Assembly: GCF_008831285.2 (NCBI RefSeq)
Contig: NC_045138.2
Coordinates: 32,302,001-32,366,000 of the forward strand
Direction of reading: 5' to 3'
DNA: 64,000 nucleotides
Source of the DNA: Nymphaea colorata
Taxonomy: Eukaryota
This document shows, piece by piece, positions 1-12,972 of this stretch. Under the pieces are notes generated by a model, which did not search any database, was not told where the DNA came from, and saw only the letters and a list, made by a program, of their open reading frames with translations. Position numbers and translations under genes: made by a program. Numbering within the stretch: the first letter of the stretch is position 1; every line of letters starts with the position of its first letter.

Positions 1-640
1 AACTTCTTCAACTTGTTCATCATCATCAGAATCATCATTATCAGCCTATAGAAAAACATAATCTTCTGGTTGCTTGGGCTCATTTTTAAAATCATCCTCA
101 TTTTCTAAAAAGATCACATTTCTAGTAACATGTCCTTTATCTCTTTCAATATCATAACATCTATAACCCTTTTGTGTTTCCGAGTACCCAATGAACACAC
201 AAGTTAATAGCTTTGGAGGAAAGTTTATAATCTTTGTTACTTAAAACAAAACATTTGCAGCCATAGAACTTAAGTGTTGTAATTAGGTCTAATATTGTGT
301 AATTTTTCAAATGGAGAAATATGTTTCAACAGTTTGGTAGACATTCTATTAATCAAATAGGTTGATGTCAAAACAGCCTTAACCCAAAAGTTTTTAGGAA
401 TATTTTTGGATAAAAGAAGTTCTCTTGTGGTTTCAATAATGTGCCTATGTTTTCATTTAACCAATCTATTTTGTTGTGGAGTGTTTGGGCAGGATTTTTG
501 ATGTACAATGCCTTTATCTTTTAGAAATTGTTGAAATTCATTTGAAATAAATTCTCCTCCCGAATCACTTCTAAAAATTTTAATGTTGGAACCAAATTGA
601 GTTTTGACCATGTTATAGAAACTTTTGAAGTTTGCAGCTT
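1..640 (-). mobile_element. Degenerate Ty1/copia integrase and post-integrase fragment (family B); runs off the left edge
   Basis: Minus-strand translation gives integrase-like motifs (NMVKTQFGSNIKIFRSDSGGE, HRHIIETTRELL, CVFIGYSETQKGYRCYDIE) with frameshifts. It is a near copy of 5880-6450. Confidence 0.85.
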
Positions 641-659
641 TTCAGTCTGAATTTTCTGA

Positions 660-3600
660 GCATGACTTGGGTCATCTAGGGAAGGAATAACATTGGGATT
701 GGGAGTAGAGTTCTCACCACCAGTCACCTCATCTGTACGCACCCTTCGCCTAGAGTAAACCTGCCCAAACAAGTGATTACGTTCCTCTTCAGTCCCAGTA
801 GAACACCCTTCATCCTTTTCATGCTCAAGCATCTCTACAACTGTTTGATTTCCTTCCTGCTTGTAATAAAAAAAATCTATGAATTGAATCTCTTGATTCT
901 GAGAGTACTTTTCCCTTGACATAGACTTCTCCCCCTGAAGAGAATTCTCACAAAAGTAAGGAACATGTTCCAAGAAGGTGACATCCTTGGTAACATAAAC
1001 TCGGCCAGTGGTAGGATCAAGGCACTTATACCCCTTTTGAGTAGGAGAATACTCAACAAAAACACCCTTAATCGACCTTGGATCAAGTATTTTAACATGA
1101 GGACTGTGATCATGAATAAAACAAACACATCCAAAGACACGAGGTGGAAGAAGAAAGGGTTGACGACTCCCTGGAAGCATAGAGTGGGGAGTCCGCCCAT
1201 TTAGCACATGACTAGGCATAGGATTGATCAAATATGCACTAGTGAGAACAACATCACCCCAATATTGTTTTGGAAGATTCCTTTGAAACAAGAGGGCCCT
1301 GGGGACATTGAGTAACTGACGATTTTTCCTCTCAGCGACCCCATTTTGTGGAGGGGTATAGCTACAGGACGTCTCATGAACAATCCCCCTTTTCCGAAAG
1401 AAATCTTCAACAGATTGACACACATACTCACGAGCATTATCAGACCGAAAAGTCTTAACAGATCCGCCATATTGGGTTTACACAAGAACAAAGAAGGTCT
1501 CTATGACATGAGGCACTTCACTACGGTCTTTTAACAAGTATACAAAGGTGCTCCTAGAGAAATCATCAATAAAGGTTATAAAGTATTGAAAACCTTGACG
1601 GGTATAAATTCCAGAAGGACCCCACACATCAGAATGAATCAAAGAGGAAACTTCATTGGCATGACTGGTGGAATTAGGGTATGAAGCCCTAACATGTTTA
1701 GCAAATTGGCATACATCACAAGATATCATAGACATGTCTAAATTGGAACATAAATCAGGAAATAACTGTTTCAAAATTCCAAAAGGAAACAATTCCAAAA
1801 TGAAGATGCCCAAGGCATTCATGCCAATACAAAAACAACTGACGACAATCCTTTCTTCTCTCCTCTGTTCTGCTGACAGCTGTCATGAGAGTGGTGGCCA
1901 CATGGATGGGTAAACGATATAAACCTTCAGACACCAAACCAATCCCAATCCTCTTCCCTGTCACCAACTCCTGCAAGACACAGCGATTTGCATAAAATAT
2001 GAGTTCACAATTCAGCTCTTTTGTAATTTTGCTAACAGACAAAAGGTTCAAGGGAAGATGAGGAACATGTAAGGCACCATGCACTAAGAATTTGTTTAAC
2101 AAAGAAAGATTCACTTTCTTGCCACAGAGGTAAAGGAGCCATCGACAAGAGAAACACGTTTCTTCCCTGATGAGAGCTTATATTCGTGGAAGAGCTTAGG
2201 ATTGCAAGTCATATGGTGGGTGGCACCACTGTCAACAATTCATTCTCCTATACAAGAATTACCTTTTTCTCCAGAGATGGCAAGAGCATGGTTAACCTTC
2301 ACATCATCTGACGCTTCGGCCTAACCAACATCAATCCGACTTAAATAAGCCCGGAGCTCACGAATCTATTCAGCAGAGATAGAAGCTTTTCCTCCACTAG
2401 AGTTGGTAGTATCAGAAACAGACTTCTTCCCACTACAAGACCTCCCTTTACTATTCTTCTTTTCAGGATGCAGGTCCCAACAAAACTCCATGGTATGACC
2501 TGTTTTCTTGCAATGCGTACAGTATCGAGGAGGTCAGGCTGCTCCCATAGGGGCATGCTAACCAGAGCAGACCTTTCATTATATGAAGTATGATCCCCCT
2601 TTCTTCCACTTATAACAAGATGCCTTTGTTCTTCAGCTTCAACACGGGAGTAAACATCTTCAATACTACACAATTCTTTTGAGTTAAGAATTTGACTCCT
2701 TATACCTTCAAAGTCATCATTAAGTCTGGCTAAGAATAGGAAGACCCTATTCTCCTATTCTTTGGCTACATGACATACCTGGTCTTGAGGGCAGTTCCAA
2801 GCATCATCAGAATAATAGTCAAGTTCCTCCCATTTGGATTTCAAAGCTGCATAAAAGTCTGCCACAGAGAGATCCCCTTGCCGTAGTGCGTAGGGATCTT
2901 TCATCAGTTGATAAATTCGAACAATCTTCTTCTTCTGGCCATACATTTGTTCTAAGATAACCCACATATCTCTTGCGGTCCTCTTACGAAGGATGAGGGG
3001 TTGAATATCAGAGGATACAGAATTGACAATCCAAGTTTTTACTTGGTTGTCCTCAAGGAACCAAGTGTCCCAAGCAACACTAGGCCGGTTCAACTTTCCT
3101 CCCATTAACATAAGTAACTCGGCCTCGACCAGCAATCCCCATAGTGATAGCAACAGACCATTGAAGGTAGTTTTCTTTGGTAAGACGAATAGTAGTAACT
3201 TGAACTGGAATATTTTCAGTTCGAGAGGCCCCAACATCAGCGTGGTCAATATTGACCGTAGTCGAGGAAGATTCTGCCATAATCAAGAATCAGCGCTACA
3301 AAAAAAAAATCCCTGGTTACGCTGAGAGAGACTGGCGACGCTGGCGGTGCTGAAGGCAGCAGGTGCTGGGCAGAGCAGACAGATACACTGGCGGTGCTGA
3401 CCAGTGCGGGAATGCTGGAAAGACGGTAACAGATCGTCTGGCAGCAAGAAGCAACGGCAGCAGGGCATTTGGCAAAATCACAACAGGAAGCACGGGAGGC
3501 CCTGGGCGATGCTCAACAAGGGGTCAATAGTGACTCATGAACGCTATCCAGCAGGACGAACGAAGGCAGAGCTCGAGCAAGAGGAGCACAACCCACACAG

Positions 3601-4179
3601 CAACAGAGAGCTCCGTCAGGCGCTGAGCAGAGGACGAAAAGAAGCTCGTGTCTCGTGAGAAGAAAAGGCGACAGAGCAGTCGGGCGTCAAGCGATGCTCA
3701 GGGCGACGGACAAGCAGGCGTCGGGCGACATTGAGAGCGATGGACGAGCAGGCGTCGAACAAGCAGGTGTCGTCCTGGTCAGCGGCAACAACAGTACTGC
3801 AGCAGGAGGTGGTCAACGACAACAACTCACTAGAACTTCATGGTGGCAAAGAGGGGCGACGGAGGATCTTCCCCAAATAGTGACGATACAATCCTTCCTC
3901 CAACTCGAGCACGGGTAAAAAAATTAGAACCAACTTGACTCTGATACCATGTAGAAACAATAAGAGCGGGAGAGCAATGAACAAACATTCAACTAGAGGA
4001 AAAAAAACCACGGGTGAGGAGGACTGGTGCCCACTAGCAACTAAACACTCTCTCTCATAAACTTTCATTCACACCCTGAAAATTAGGGTTACACAGGTTA
4101 AGAAGGGCCATAACAGTAACACGGGTTTGGGTCCAGATCCAGACCCGAATAGGAGACCCAAATGCACCATATGTCAACA
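660..4179 (-). mobile_element. Ty1/copia LTR retrotransposon (family A), 3'-truncated: 5' LTR, PBS, gag, protease, GAG-pre-integrase and integrase; no RT/RNase H
   Basis: The LTR at 4179-3950 reads TGTTGACA...TCTACA and is followed directly by the tRNA-iMet PBS TGGTATCAGAG (3949-3939). The gag starts at ATG 3280 (RLTKENYLQW; WFLEDNQVKTWIVNS), with a protease-like IVDSGATHHM near 2240, the zinc-binding CDVCQFAKH, and the integrase core IHSDVWGP...FIDDFSR and TPPQNGVAERKNR. There are multiple frameshifts and stops. Confidence 0.93.
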
Positions 4180-4246
4180 ACAATGATAACAAATAATTCT
4201 CCCTCTTCCTCCTTTATTTGTTCGGTTGAAATGTGGAGGTCTACAA

Positions 4247-4324
4247 TGTTAGAATGTATGTATTCCTATCCATACATATATCTACATGCATGTATATTAC
4301 ATATATTAGTGTGCTAATATATGT

Positions 4325-4366
<42 letters not shown>

Positions 4367-5750
4367 GGTACCTAGATTGTGTATGTAATTTTCTCTTTCT
4401 TTTTTTACTTTTTCCTTTTTGTATTTTCTCTGTTCCACTTTTAACCTTTTGTTTTTAGCTTTTTAACTAGAAGAGGACTAGTCCCAATGGCTAGAATTCT
4501 AGCCGTTGGAACCAGTCCAACGACCAGAATTCCCTTCTCTTTATGTTACCTCAGCTATAAATAGTGTTGAGTTCTCTTGTTTAAGTTATGGCTTTTTAGC
4601 CTCTTCTTGTGTAACTTGTTGAGATTAATACATGTTTTCTTCTCTTTAAGTTTGAGGTTTATTGTATGTTACTTATTGAAATTGTTGGAAGCTTCAAGAG
4701 TATCTCTTGAAGCATTTGTCTTGTCAAGTGTTGGGTCTGATTTACATGGTATCAAAGCCTTGGTTTGGCTCTTCGACTTGGTGTCTTCAAATATTAAAAA
4801 ATCAGCTCGTACTGCCCCTATGGCGCTGTGTAGCACACCAAATGTTTGAAATATTGCTGGCTGTGGTTTGGCACAAGAAGGTGTTGTTATTCTTGATGGT
4901 CCTTGGCAATTATTTCTTGTGGTTTCTTAGTGATCTTCGTGACGTTTTTGAGCTTATCGTATCAAGCTTCCTTGGCTGCTGAGATTGTATTTGTTTTCCT
5001 ATTTTTGTTGTGATTTTTTCTTCACGTGGCAGCAAGCTTTTCCAAAACTTGTAAGTGGACTTTCCTTGTTGATTGTGTTCAATGGATGACAAAGTCTCTT
5101 CTCTTCTATTTTCTAAATTTTCGTCAACAAACTATATCCAATGGCCTAGAACTATGGAACACTTTATTCGTAGTAAAAGCCTTTGGGGACTAGTTGATGG
5201 AACAAAAATTGAACCACAACTAGTCTTAACGAAAGTTGTTGATGGAAGGGCTGTAGAATTGGATGGAACGGAGAAAGAAAAAGTTGTGGCTGAGTATAAT
5301 AAGAAATGAGAAGAATGAAGTATAGGTCATAACAAGATTATCACATGAATATTGACTTGTGTTGACAATCCTACTAGTGGGCAGATTTCTAAATTAAATT
5401 CCACCCAAGAGACTTGGGAATATCAAAAGAAAAACCATACCATGAAAGATGTTGCTTATATGCATAATATCCAACTCAAGGTTCACAACCTTCAACAAGG
5501 AGATAGATCCATTAAAGATTTATGTGGCTGAAATGGATCAATTGTATGATGAATTAAGCATCTTTGAACCGCATTGAGTTGATGCACATGATCTCATACT
5601 TAGGGAAAAGCAAATCCAACGTGACAAATTTTATAAGTTTGTCATAGGCCTAAGACCCAAATTTAATGGTGTTAAAACCTCTTTGCTCCACCATTCTAAA
5701 ACACCATCCTAGGAAAAGCTCGATATTTAGGAGAAAAAGACTCATATGAA
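4247..5750 (+). mobile_element. Ty1/copia (family B) 5' LTR, PBS and degenerate gag
   Basis: The LTR at 4247-4746 reads TGTTAGAA...TTTACA and is followed by PBS TGGTATCAAAGC (4747-4758). The gag N-terminus from ~5083 (FSSTNYIQWPRTMEHFIRSKSLWGLVDG) contains stops. Confidence 0.88.
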
Positions 5751-5759
5751 ATGAATCTT

Positions 5760-6633
5760 TGAGGAGGCCTAATGTGTCTTTGGGACCTCCTAAGATTGGA
5801 TTAATTAGTTTCTTGGGTAGCATGGCCTCTTCTCCTATAACTATAATGTCTCTTGGAGGATTTGATATTAGTAGGACTATCATCTTTAACTGCTTGAATC
5901 ATCATCATTATAATCCATCCATAGAAAAACATAATCTTCTAGTTGCTTGGGCTCATTCTTAAAACCATCTTCATTTTCCAAAAAGATCACATTTCTAGTA
6001 ACATATACTTTATTTCTTTCAATATCATAACATCTATAACTCTTTCGTGTTTTTGAATACCCAATGAACACACAATTAATAGCTTTAGAGGAAAGCTTAT
6101 CATCTTTGTTACTTAACACAAAGTATTTGCAGCCAAAGACCTTAAGTCTATTGTAATTAGGTCTAACATTGTGTAATTTTTCAAACTGAGAAATATGTTT
6201 CAAAAGTTTGGTAGGAATGTTTTTGGATAAAAAAAGTGCTCTTGTGGTTTCAATAATGTGCCTATGTTTTCGTTCAGCCACTCCGATTTGTTGTGGAGTG
6301 TTTGGGCAAGATTTTTGAGGTACAATGCCTTTATTTTTAGAAATTGTTGAAATTCATTTGAAATAAATTCTCCTCCCGAATCACTTCTAAAGTTTTTAAT
6401 GTTGGTGCCAAATTGGGTTTTGATCATGTTATAGAAATTCTTGAAGTTTGCTAATACCTCCAATGTTTGAGAAAATAAACCCAAGTATGTCTAGAGAAAT
6501 CATCAATAAAGATCACATAATACAATAATCCTCCTTTAGACATAATATAAGTGGGCCCAAATACACCCAAATGCACAAATTCAAAAGGCATTTGGGCAAC
6601 AAGATTTCTATTATCAAAAGGTAAGACTTTCAT
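5760..6633 (-). mobile_element. Ty1/copia (family B) integrase fragment, in opposite orientation to the adjacent gag
   Basis: Motifs FEFVHLGVFGP...YYVIFIDDFSRHTWVYFLK, FRSDSGGEF, AERKHRHIIETTRALF and CVFIGYSKTRKSYRCYD (ORF track 6451-6633, 6200-6484, 5886-6281). Confidence 0.9.
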
Positions 6634-6731
6634 TTCTGTCGAGTTTCTGAAACACAGTGGTCGTGTGTGGCCGACAGACGGTGCTTTTCTTGGCTGAGCC
6701 TTCCATCGTCGCTATTTTCCATCACTCGCCC

Positions 6732-6947
6732 CATCTTGCCGCCGCCGGTCTGCCGCTGCTACTCTTCGAGAAAGAAAGAGGGAAAGGGAGGGAAGAGCTA
6801 GGGCATCTTGCCGCAGCCGGTCTGCCACTGTTACTCTCCAAGAAGGAAAGAGGGAAAGGAAGGGAAGAGCTAGGGCATCTTGCTTCCGCCGGTCTGCTGC
6901 TGCTACTCTTTGAAAAAGAAAGAGGGAAAGGGAGGGAAGAGTTAGGG
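6732..6947. repeat. Tandem repeat, 3 x 72 bp, GC/purine-rich
   Basis: The unit CATCTTGCCGCCGCCGGTCTGCC...GGGAAGAGCTAGGG starts at 6732, 6804 and 6876. Confidence 0.9.
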
Positions 6948-7289
6948 TTTTCAAGAGAGATTGGGGTCTTTTGCCCGCCGCCCCCAAATGGGTCTTTGGA
7001 TATAAGTAATTAGAACTCAAATTTTAATGGATCGAGTTCTGGATCTAATAAGAGTCGGACTCACAAACACAGAACAGATCAGAGCATGCTATCTAAATGA
7101 AGTCATGTTAAGGCAACTTCAGATTTTAGCAATAGATCCAATCTTGGCCTAAAACTCGAGCATCATTGTCTAAAAACCAGATCTCAGATATATTTTTAGA
7201 TAAGAGCGCCAAACGAGTTGGATCTTATATATATATGTGTGTGAATATGTTATACCGGTCTGAATATATATTTTTTGATATATTTATAA

Positions 7290-7347
<58 letters not shown>

Positions 7348-7429
7348 ACGGCCGTACCCCCGCACCCAAGTTTTTTTAAAGTGATCCGTACCCGTACCCG
7401 CACCAGTACCCATGTGACATAGGAGAGTA

Positions 7430-7640
7430 GCTACTCTGTTTATAGAAGAAAGAACACAAGGAATAAGGAGTTCTAGTCGTTGGACTAGTTCCAACAGCTA
7501 GAAATCTGGCCGTTGGGAGTTGGGACTAGTCCTCCTTTATACCATATAGAAAAAGAAAAGGGTAAAAATGAAAAACAGAAAATACAAAAAAAGGAAAAAT
7601 ACATAAAGAAAGGAAAAATTACATAAGTACCTAATATAGA
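7430..7640 (-). mobile_element. Partial family B LTR, inverted relative to 4247-4746
   Basis: The reverse complement matches ~4360-4540 (GAGGACTAGTCCCAA...CTAGCYGTTGGAACYAGTCCAACGAC and the T-rich block). Confidence 0.8.
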
Positions 7641-8520
7641 GACAGTGAATAAAGTGTGTCAATACATGCATCAACCACTCAAGAAGCATTGGGAATGAGT
7701 GAAGAGAATTCTCCAGTACCTCAATGGAACGTCACACTTCACTCTAAAAATCATTAAAGGAGCTATGTCCTTAATTTACAAGCATTCACCGATGCCGATT
7801 GGGCCGGAAGCATAGAAGTCGGAAATCTAATGAGGGGTTCATCACTTGGGAGACAATGCTATTTCATGGGCATCTAAGAAGCAGCGAACTGTGGTGCACT
7901 CTAGTACTGAGGCAGAATACAAGACTCTTACTGGAGCTGCTGCTAAATTGTTGTGGTTGCAGCGCTTCTCAAGCAGTTGGATTGTCAGCCGAGAACTGCT
8001 CCAACCCTACGGTGTGATAATCTAAGCGTGCTCTGTATCTCGCCTCGAATCCTATGTTTCATGCTTGAAGCCTCGAACCAAACATGTGGAAATAGACTTC
8101 CACTTCGTCCGGGATCATGTGAAGAAAGGAGATATTTTGCTTGAGTTTATTAGAACAGCAAACCAAGTTCCCAATGGATATACAAAGCCTCTTGGAACCA
8201 GGCAGTTTGAAAAATTTAGATCCAATCTGTGTGTCAGTGAACCGATGCTCAAATTGAGGGGGAATGATAAGATGAACAGCTCAGATGAGTGGTTTAGATA
8301 ACAAAAAGTGTTCGTTCAGTTCTGTAATAGTTTAACATGTGTTATTTCAGTTCTGTATTAGTTTAGATAAATACATGTGTCACTGCAGTTCTGTAACCAG
8401 TTATACACGTGATTATCTCTTGTCTATATTTTGTAACCTGTTATACACGTGGTTATCTCTTGTCTATCAGTTATTGTAACCACAATGTATACCAGTCTTT
8501 GTAACTGCAGACGCAAAGAT
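7640..8520 (+). mobile_element. Ty1/copia RT C-terminus/RNase H fragment, PPT and start of 3' LTR
   Basis: Motifs VNKVCQYMH, AFTDADWAG, ISWASKKQRTVVHSSTEAEY and RTKHVEIDFHFVRDHV. The PPT GAGGGGGAA ends at 8264 and the LTR starts TGATAAG at 8265. The right end is uncertain. Confidence 0.88.
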
Positions 8521-8569
8521 ATTAATGGAGATCAGGGGCATGGAGATCAGGGGCTCAAATGAATGATGA

Positions 8570-9407
8570 TTTGCTTGAGCCCATAGCCATTAGTTTCTCA
8601 AAAAGTCCATAAAACTTTCAGCCCACCAGCATCATGTCAACAATATAAGTCTATGGCAGCTGCCACTATGGAATTACATGGATTAGACATTTGCTAGTGC
8701 AACTAGCAGTCCCCATTTTGAGTTCACCTTTACTTGCAACAATCAAGGTGCTATACAAATTGCCTTCAATCTAATCTAGCACTGATGGACCCAACATATT
8801 GAGATTGATCAACATTTTATCATATAAACGTTTGAAGACAATAAGATTAACCCTCATTAAGTGCATATTAATAACTAAGTAGCTGATTTGTTCGCTAAAG
8901 GCTTTTTGAAAAAATAAGTTCCCCATAGTTGAAATCCAAATAAAATTTGAGGAGGGTTGTTAATATTAAGACGTATTGACATAATAGTCCCTTGTAAAAT
9001 AACTCATTTGATTTATACTGAAACAAGATGAGGTCATGACCCTTGAGTTAGGTTTTTGTGGCTGCTGCAGCCTCTATATCTTCTCTCCCAACTTTTTATC
9101 TTTGTTTTCTGTTCAAGGTGGATTCTGTATGATCTTTCAGATGTCTAACATAAATAAAGCTTTCATTTCTAATATTTTGAGTTATCCTTGGTGAGTTTGT
9201 TGAGAACCTCTGTTTTTATATAAGCATCATCCTCCTCTTGATCTGTATAATCTTTCAGATGTCATAAATAAAGCTTTCATTTCTAATATTTTGAGTTATC
9301 CTTGGTGAGTTTGTTGAGAACCTCTGTTTTTATATAAGCATCCTCCTCCTCTTGAAGAATATTTTTTGAGCATGACTCAAACTCAACTGCTTTACATGGT
9401 ATCGGAG
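8570..9407 (+). mobile_element. Degenerate copia RNase H fragment, PPT, full LTR (8958-9396) and PBS
   Basis: Motifs YKSMAAAT, CNNQGAIQIAFN, TQHIEIDQHF and VADLFAKG. PPT GAGGAGGG (8949-8956), LTR TGTTAAT...TTTACA containing an internal ~120-bp tandem duplication (~9120-9355), then PBS-like TGGTATCGGAG (9397-9407). Confidence 0.8.
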
Positions 9408-10284
9408 GTCTGATGCCCATTATTCCAGATTTCTCTTAAGCTCATGACACATGTCCATGTGTTCATGGAATGTGGCGTATTAGTCTTCCTCTCAAACAAG
9501 TTCAAATTACAAAAGTCTTTACTCTTAGTATTGAGAGATCATCCCACCAGAAAATAGTAGTGGTCAAAGATACTTGAACTTGTCTATCCTTCAAGTGCAA
9601 TGGCATTAATTACAGAGTCAAGATCAAAGCTTGAAGACAAACTTCAAGGTCAAGGCTTTTGGCGCATTGCTCAAATTACTACACCAGTACACCCAGTCTC
9701 TAGCCTAAACTGCATAAGCTAAATTTGATTTTCCTAAAAGAACTTGAAGGAAAAGAAGAACAAGAAAAAAAGGCAACTGAAAATTACTGTAAAATATTAT
9801 AAGATTGAAATACAAATGAAAAAATTAAATTTGGGTTCTTAGTAGCATAGAAATGGACAGCTATGCAAATGTTACTACATAGCAAGGCTTGTGAAGTTCG
9901 GGAATTTTTTAGAGGAATATACCATGAAAGTGATTATGTTCACATATATTTACAGCTGACAACTATCTTATCGTTGGTACTTTAAAGAGCTTCATAGCCA
10001 AAATCTAAATCCGCAGATTTCAATGGTTAAATATCTATCAGGTAGAACACATCTAAATAACACTACCTTGTTTCCAGCGAACTTAAGCATATCCAAAGCT
10101 GAATTAAACCAGAGTAGCCTTGGTTAGATAAACAAAGACCATAATTATGACAACTGCAATGGGAGTACAAGATAAGCTCAAATTGCAATTAGAAGACAAA
10201 ACAAGAAGTTAAACCCATTTTCATGAGAAAATCTATAATGCATTAGCATGCAAGATAAAGGATGAAAAGTATAAGTGCACTAAC

Positions 10285-10343
10285 CAGTTGTTGGTGGCTT
10301 GAGTTCTCCACCAGCAGCATACTTACCCATAACCCCACCACAC
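10285..10343 (-). CDS. GI: GIGANTEA coding exon 6 (CGGVMGKYAAGGELKPPTT); last GI exon found in the window
   Basis: AG/GT bounded, 59 nt. It continues the frame from exon 5 and matches GI CxGVMGKYAAG(G)ELKPPT. Confidence 0.93.
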
Positions 10344-10881
10344 CTAATCATTTCAGGAGGAAAAAGGGAGAAAGAAAAAGAAATTGATTGAGTTCTAGAA
10401 CGTATACAAAATAAGGAACACACTCAACATCTACAAAAGTAAGAAAACTCTCACAATCTCATAATAGTTGAAAAAACTGCCAGCAAGTTAGATATCCAAA
10501 GTACATTCAACAAATACAATTTTCCAACAAAGTTTTAATGATTTCCAAATAAGTCACAAATTTGAAATTACAGATGCAGACATCCTAATTAAACCAAATG
10601 TTTCCAGATGAAGCTAATTAGGATATGCAAGCTAACCATAGAGGCCAATGTAGTGGATCTATGTGCAACTTTTCTTATGTTTCTTCACAGGAAATATTTT
10701 TCATCTTGTGCAAAGCGGCCCTTTCTATGCATAATGGCATAAAACCTGAAAGAACATATCACCTGCTATGGGCTTTGAGTTTATGGTAGAGGTACTGCTG
10801 CGGTACCTGAACTAAAGCTTATCAAGATAGTAGATGAAGCTGAAAATCCTTGACTAAGAAAAAAGGAAGAAAGCCTGAAAT

Positions 10882-11433
10882 CAATGTTATCCATATCAGG
10901 TATCGTATAGGTTTAAAGACTCCAAGAAACGTGGGAGGGAGAGATTTTGCCCATTTTCATAAAAAATAACTGAGGATTCATCGATTTGGAAGATAGTATC
11001 GTTGAATCATGAAAGATGATAACTATATGTTTTGGACTTATGAAATTGTGATGTAATCTACATCCCAAGACTCCAAGTCCTAAGACTCTAAGTCCTAAGG
11101 TTCTATAAAAATTTCAAGTTTAAAATTGTGATGGATGTTTATTATGTTATTTGGAATATCTGATTTCTTATTTTTGAATGTGTTGTTGATACACATGAAT
11201 GTTCCTTATGTATGATGGTCTTTTTTATATTCGAATACATTTTTCTTTATTTCTGATTTTTTGTTTATTTTTTCGGATCTTTTATGATTTTTCTCTATTT
11301 TTTCTGATTTTTTAATATTTTTTAGATTAAAAATTAATTTTATGATACACTACACTACATTTGCGATACGTTATGATATGGCATATAGGTCGGCCCGACC
11401 AATATGCGTTACGCTACACCTTTTACAACATTG
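10882..11433. mobile_element. Non-autonomous hAT element (552 bp) in GI intron 5
   Basis: TIR CAATGTT...AACATTG with a perfect 8-bp TSD CCTGAAAT at 10874-10881 and 11434-11441. Confidence 0.9.
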
Positions 11434-12149
11434 CCTGAAATACTAAATCAAGGAGCATGGTATATCAGAGCCTAAAATTATTAGAATTCTTCCATAGATC
11501 ATTGTTACTATAGAGAAAAGGGCCACTGCCCTTATCTTGAAATTTCACAAAACCAAGCATACACCTCAACAGGTATGTCTCATAAGTTCTATCTCTAAAA
11601 TGAAGCCCAGTCTTTAACAAGGAGATATGTCCGAGATATGTCCATAAGGGAGGGGATTTTCAAATTACAATCCATTTGGGCTGAGTTGGCGATTCTTGGC
11701 CTAAATGCCACGGATTGAAATTGAGCAAAAGCAACAGAAAGAAAAACTCTTCAGTTTCCTCAACAGGCATAAACCCAAACTGAGAAGACAAGGTCTGCCG
11801 ACCCCACCTACTTATCTTCCTTTATTGCTCCACTTGAAGACATCCTGACGAAACAAAATGAAGAATAGACGGGGTTTGGAATGAGGAAAGGAGGTTATGT
11901 GTCTTCACCATGTCAACATCTTCAGGAAAATCAAATTTGAAGAAGGAGGTCTTGCAGGATCACTACCAAGAAGCAACATCAATGCTTACGAACCTCCACA
12001 TTTCAACAATACTTAAAGCTCAAAGCAAACGAGGAAAATAAAATTATTTATCATTTTTACAAAGAACTAGAACATATCAAACTCATTACCCAAATGGAAG
12101 ATGTCGGAATTTCAACTACCCTTCAGCCCAACAAGAAGGAAGAATCATC

Positions 12150-12860
12150 TACAGGCTACAGCCTTTGGAGCTATCGTTAATTATGTTGGTGACTGACGCC
12201 ATTCCTTGGAGTTGACAAAGACCGAAAAGGAAATTCATAATAGGTTGGCGACTAGTGATGGTGATTTGTATGATGATGCCACTCGATATTGCACTTTGGA
12301 TGACATGTTGCAACATCTAATCCTTATTCATCTTCACATTGTTCAGCGAATCTTACACCAAACAGATTTCAGTTTCTTCTTGACAAACTTTTAGTGACAA
12401 TACTGTAAGTTTGAAGATGTAAGCTTTTATGTAAATACTCATAACTGTCATATATTTCTGTTTCTATGTAGTAAGTACATATTTCTATGTGTTTAGTACT
12501 GATCAAATATATGATTTTCACATGCACACACACACACACATATATATATAAAATTTTGTACATAGGGTTTTCTTATAATTTTGTATTCATTTTCTCTTCT
12601 TTTTTACTTTTTTTTGGTAATTTTTCCTGTTTCATTTTTACACAGGATTGATCAGCTGTAAGAGCCATTGTGCTCTTCAACAGCTAGAAATCTAGCATTG
12701 GAGACCCCAACAGCTCCTTGATTGACCTTTTCAAGGGCCACTTTGACCCTCACATGTGCTTCTTTTGAAGCTTTTTCCAGGTACTTTCATGCAGTTTTAG
12801 TGCCTTAATGCACTTTCTTTGAGTGTTTCTTCTTGTGTTATCACAAGAGGGTGGCATGCT
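12150..12860 (+). mobile_element. Copia RT remnant plus family-B-like LTR remnant in GI intron 5
   Basis: RLATSDGDLYDDATRYCTL resembles the copia RT C-terminal segment. Region 12560-12720 resembles the LTR at 4370-4530 (T-rich block, CAACAGCTAGAAATCTAGC). Confidence 0.6.
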
Positions 12861-12972
12861 GTATTGAAGAACCAACAAAGTAACTGATAGATTGGCTGAG
12901 AAAGCAGAATGTGGAAACACGTGATCAGTAGTAGCAGATGAGAACATGTTGAAGAATTAGAAATCTGCTTAC

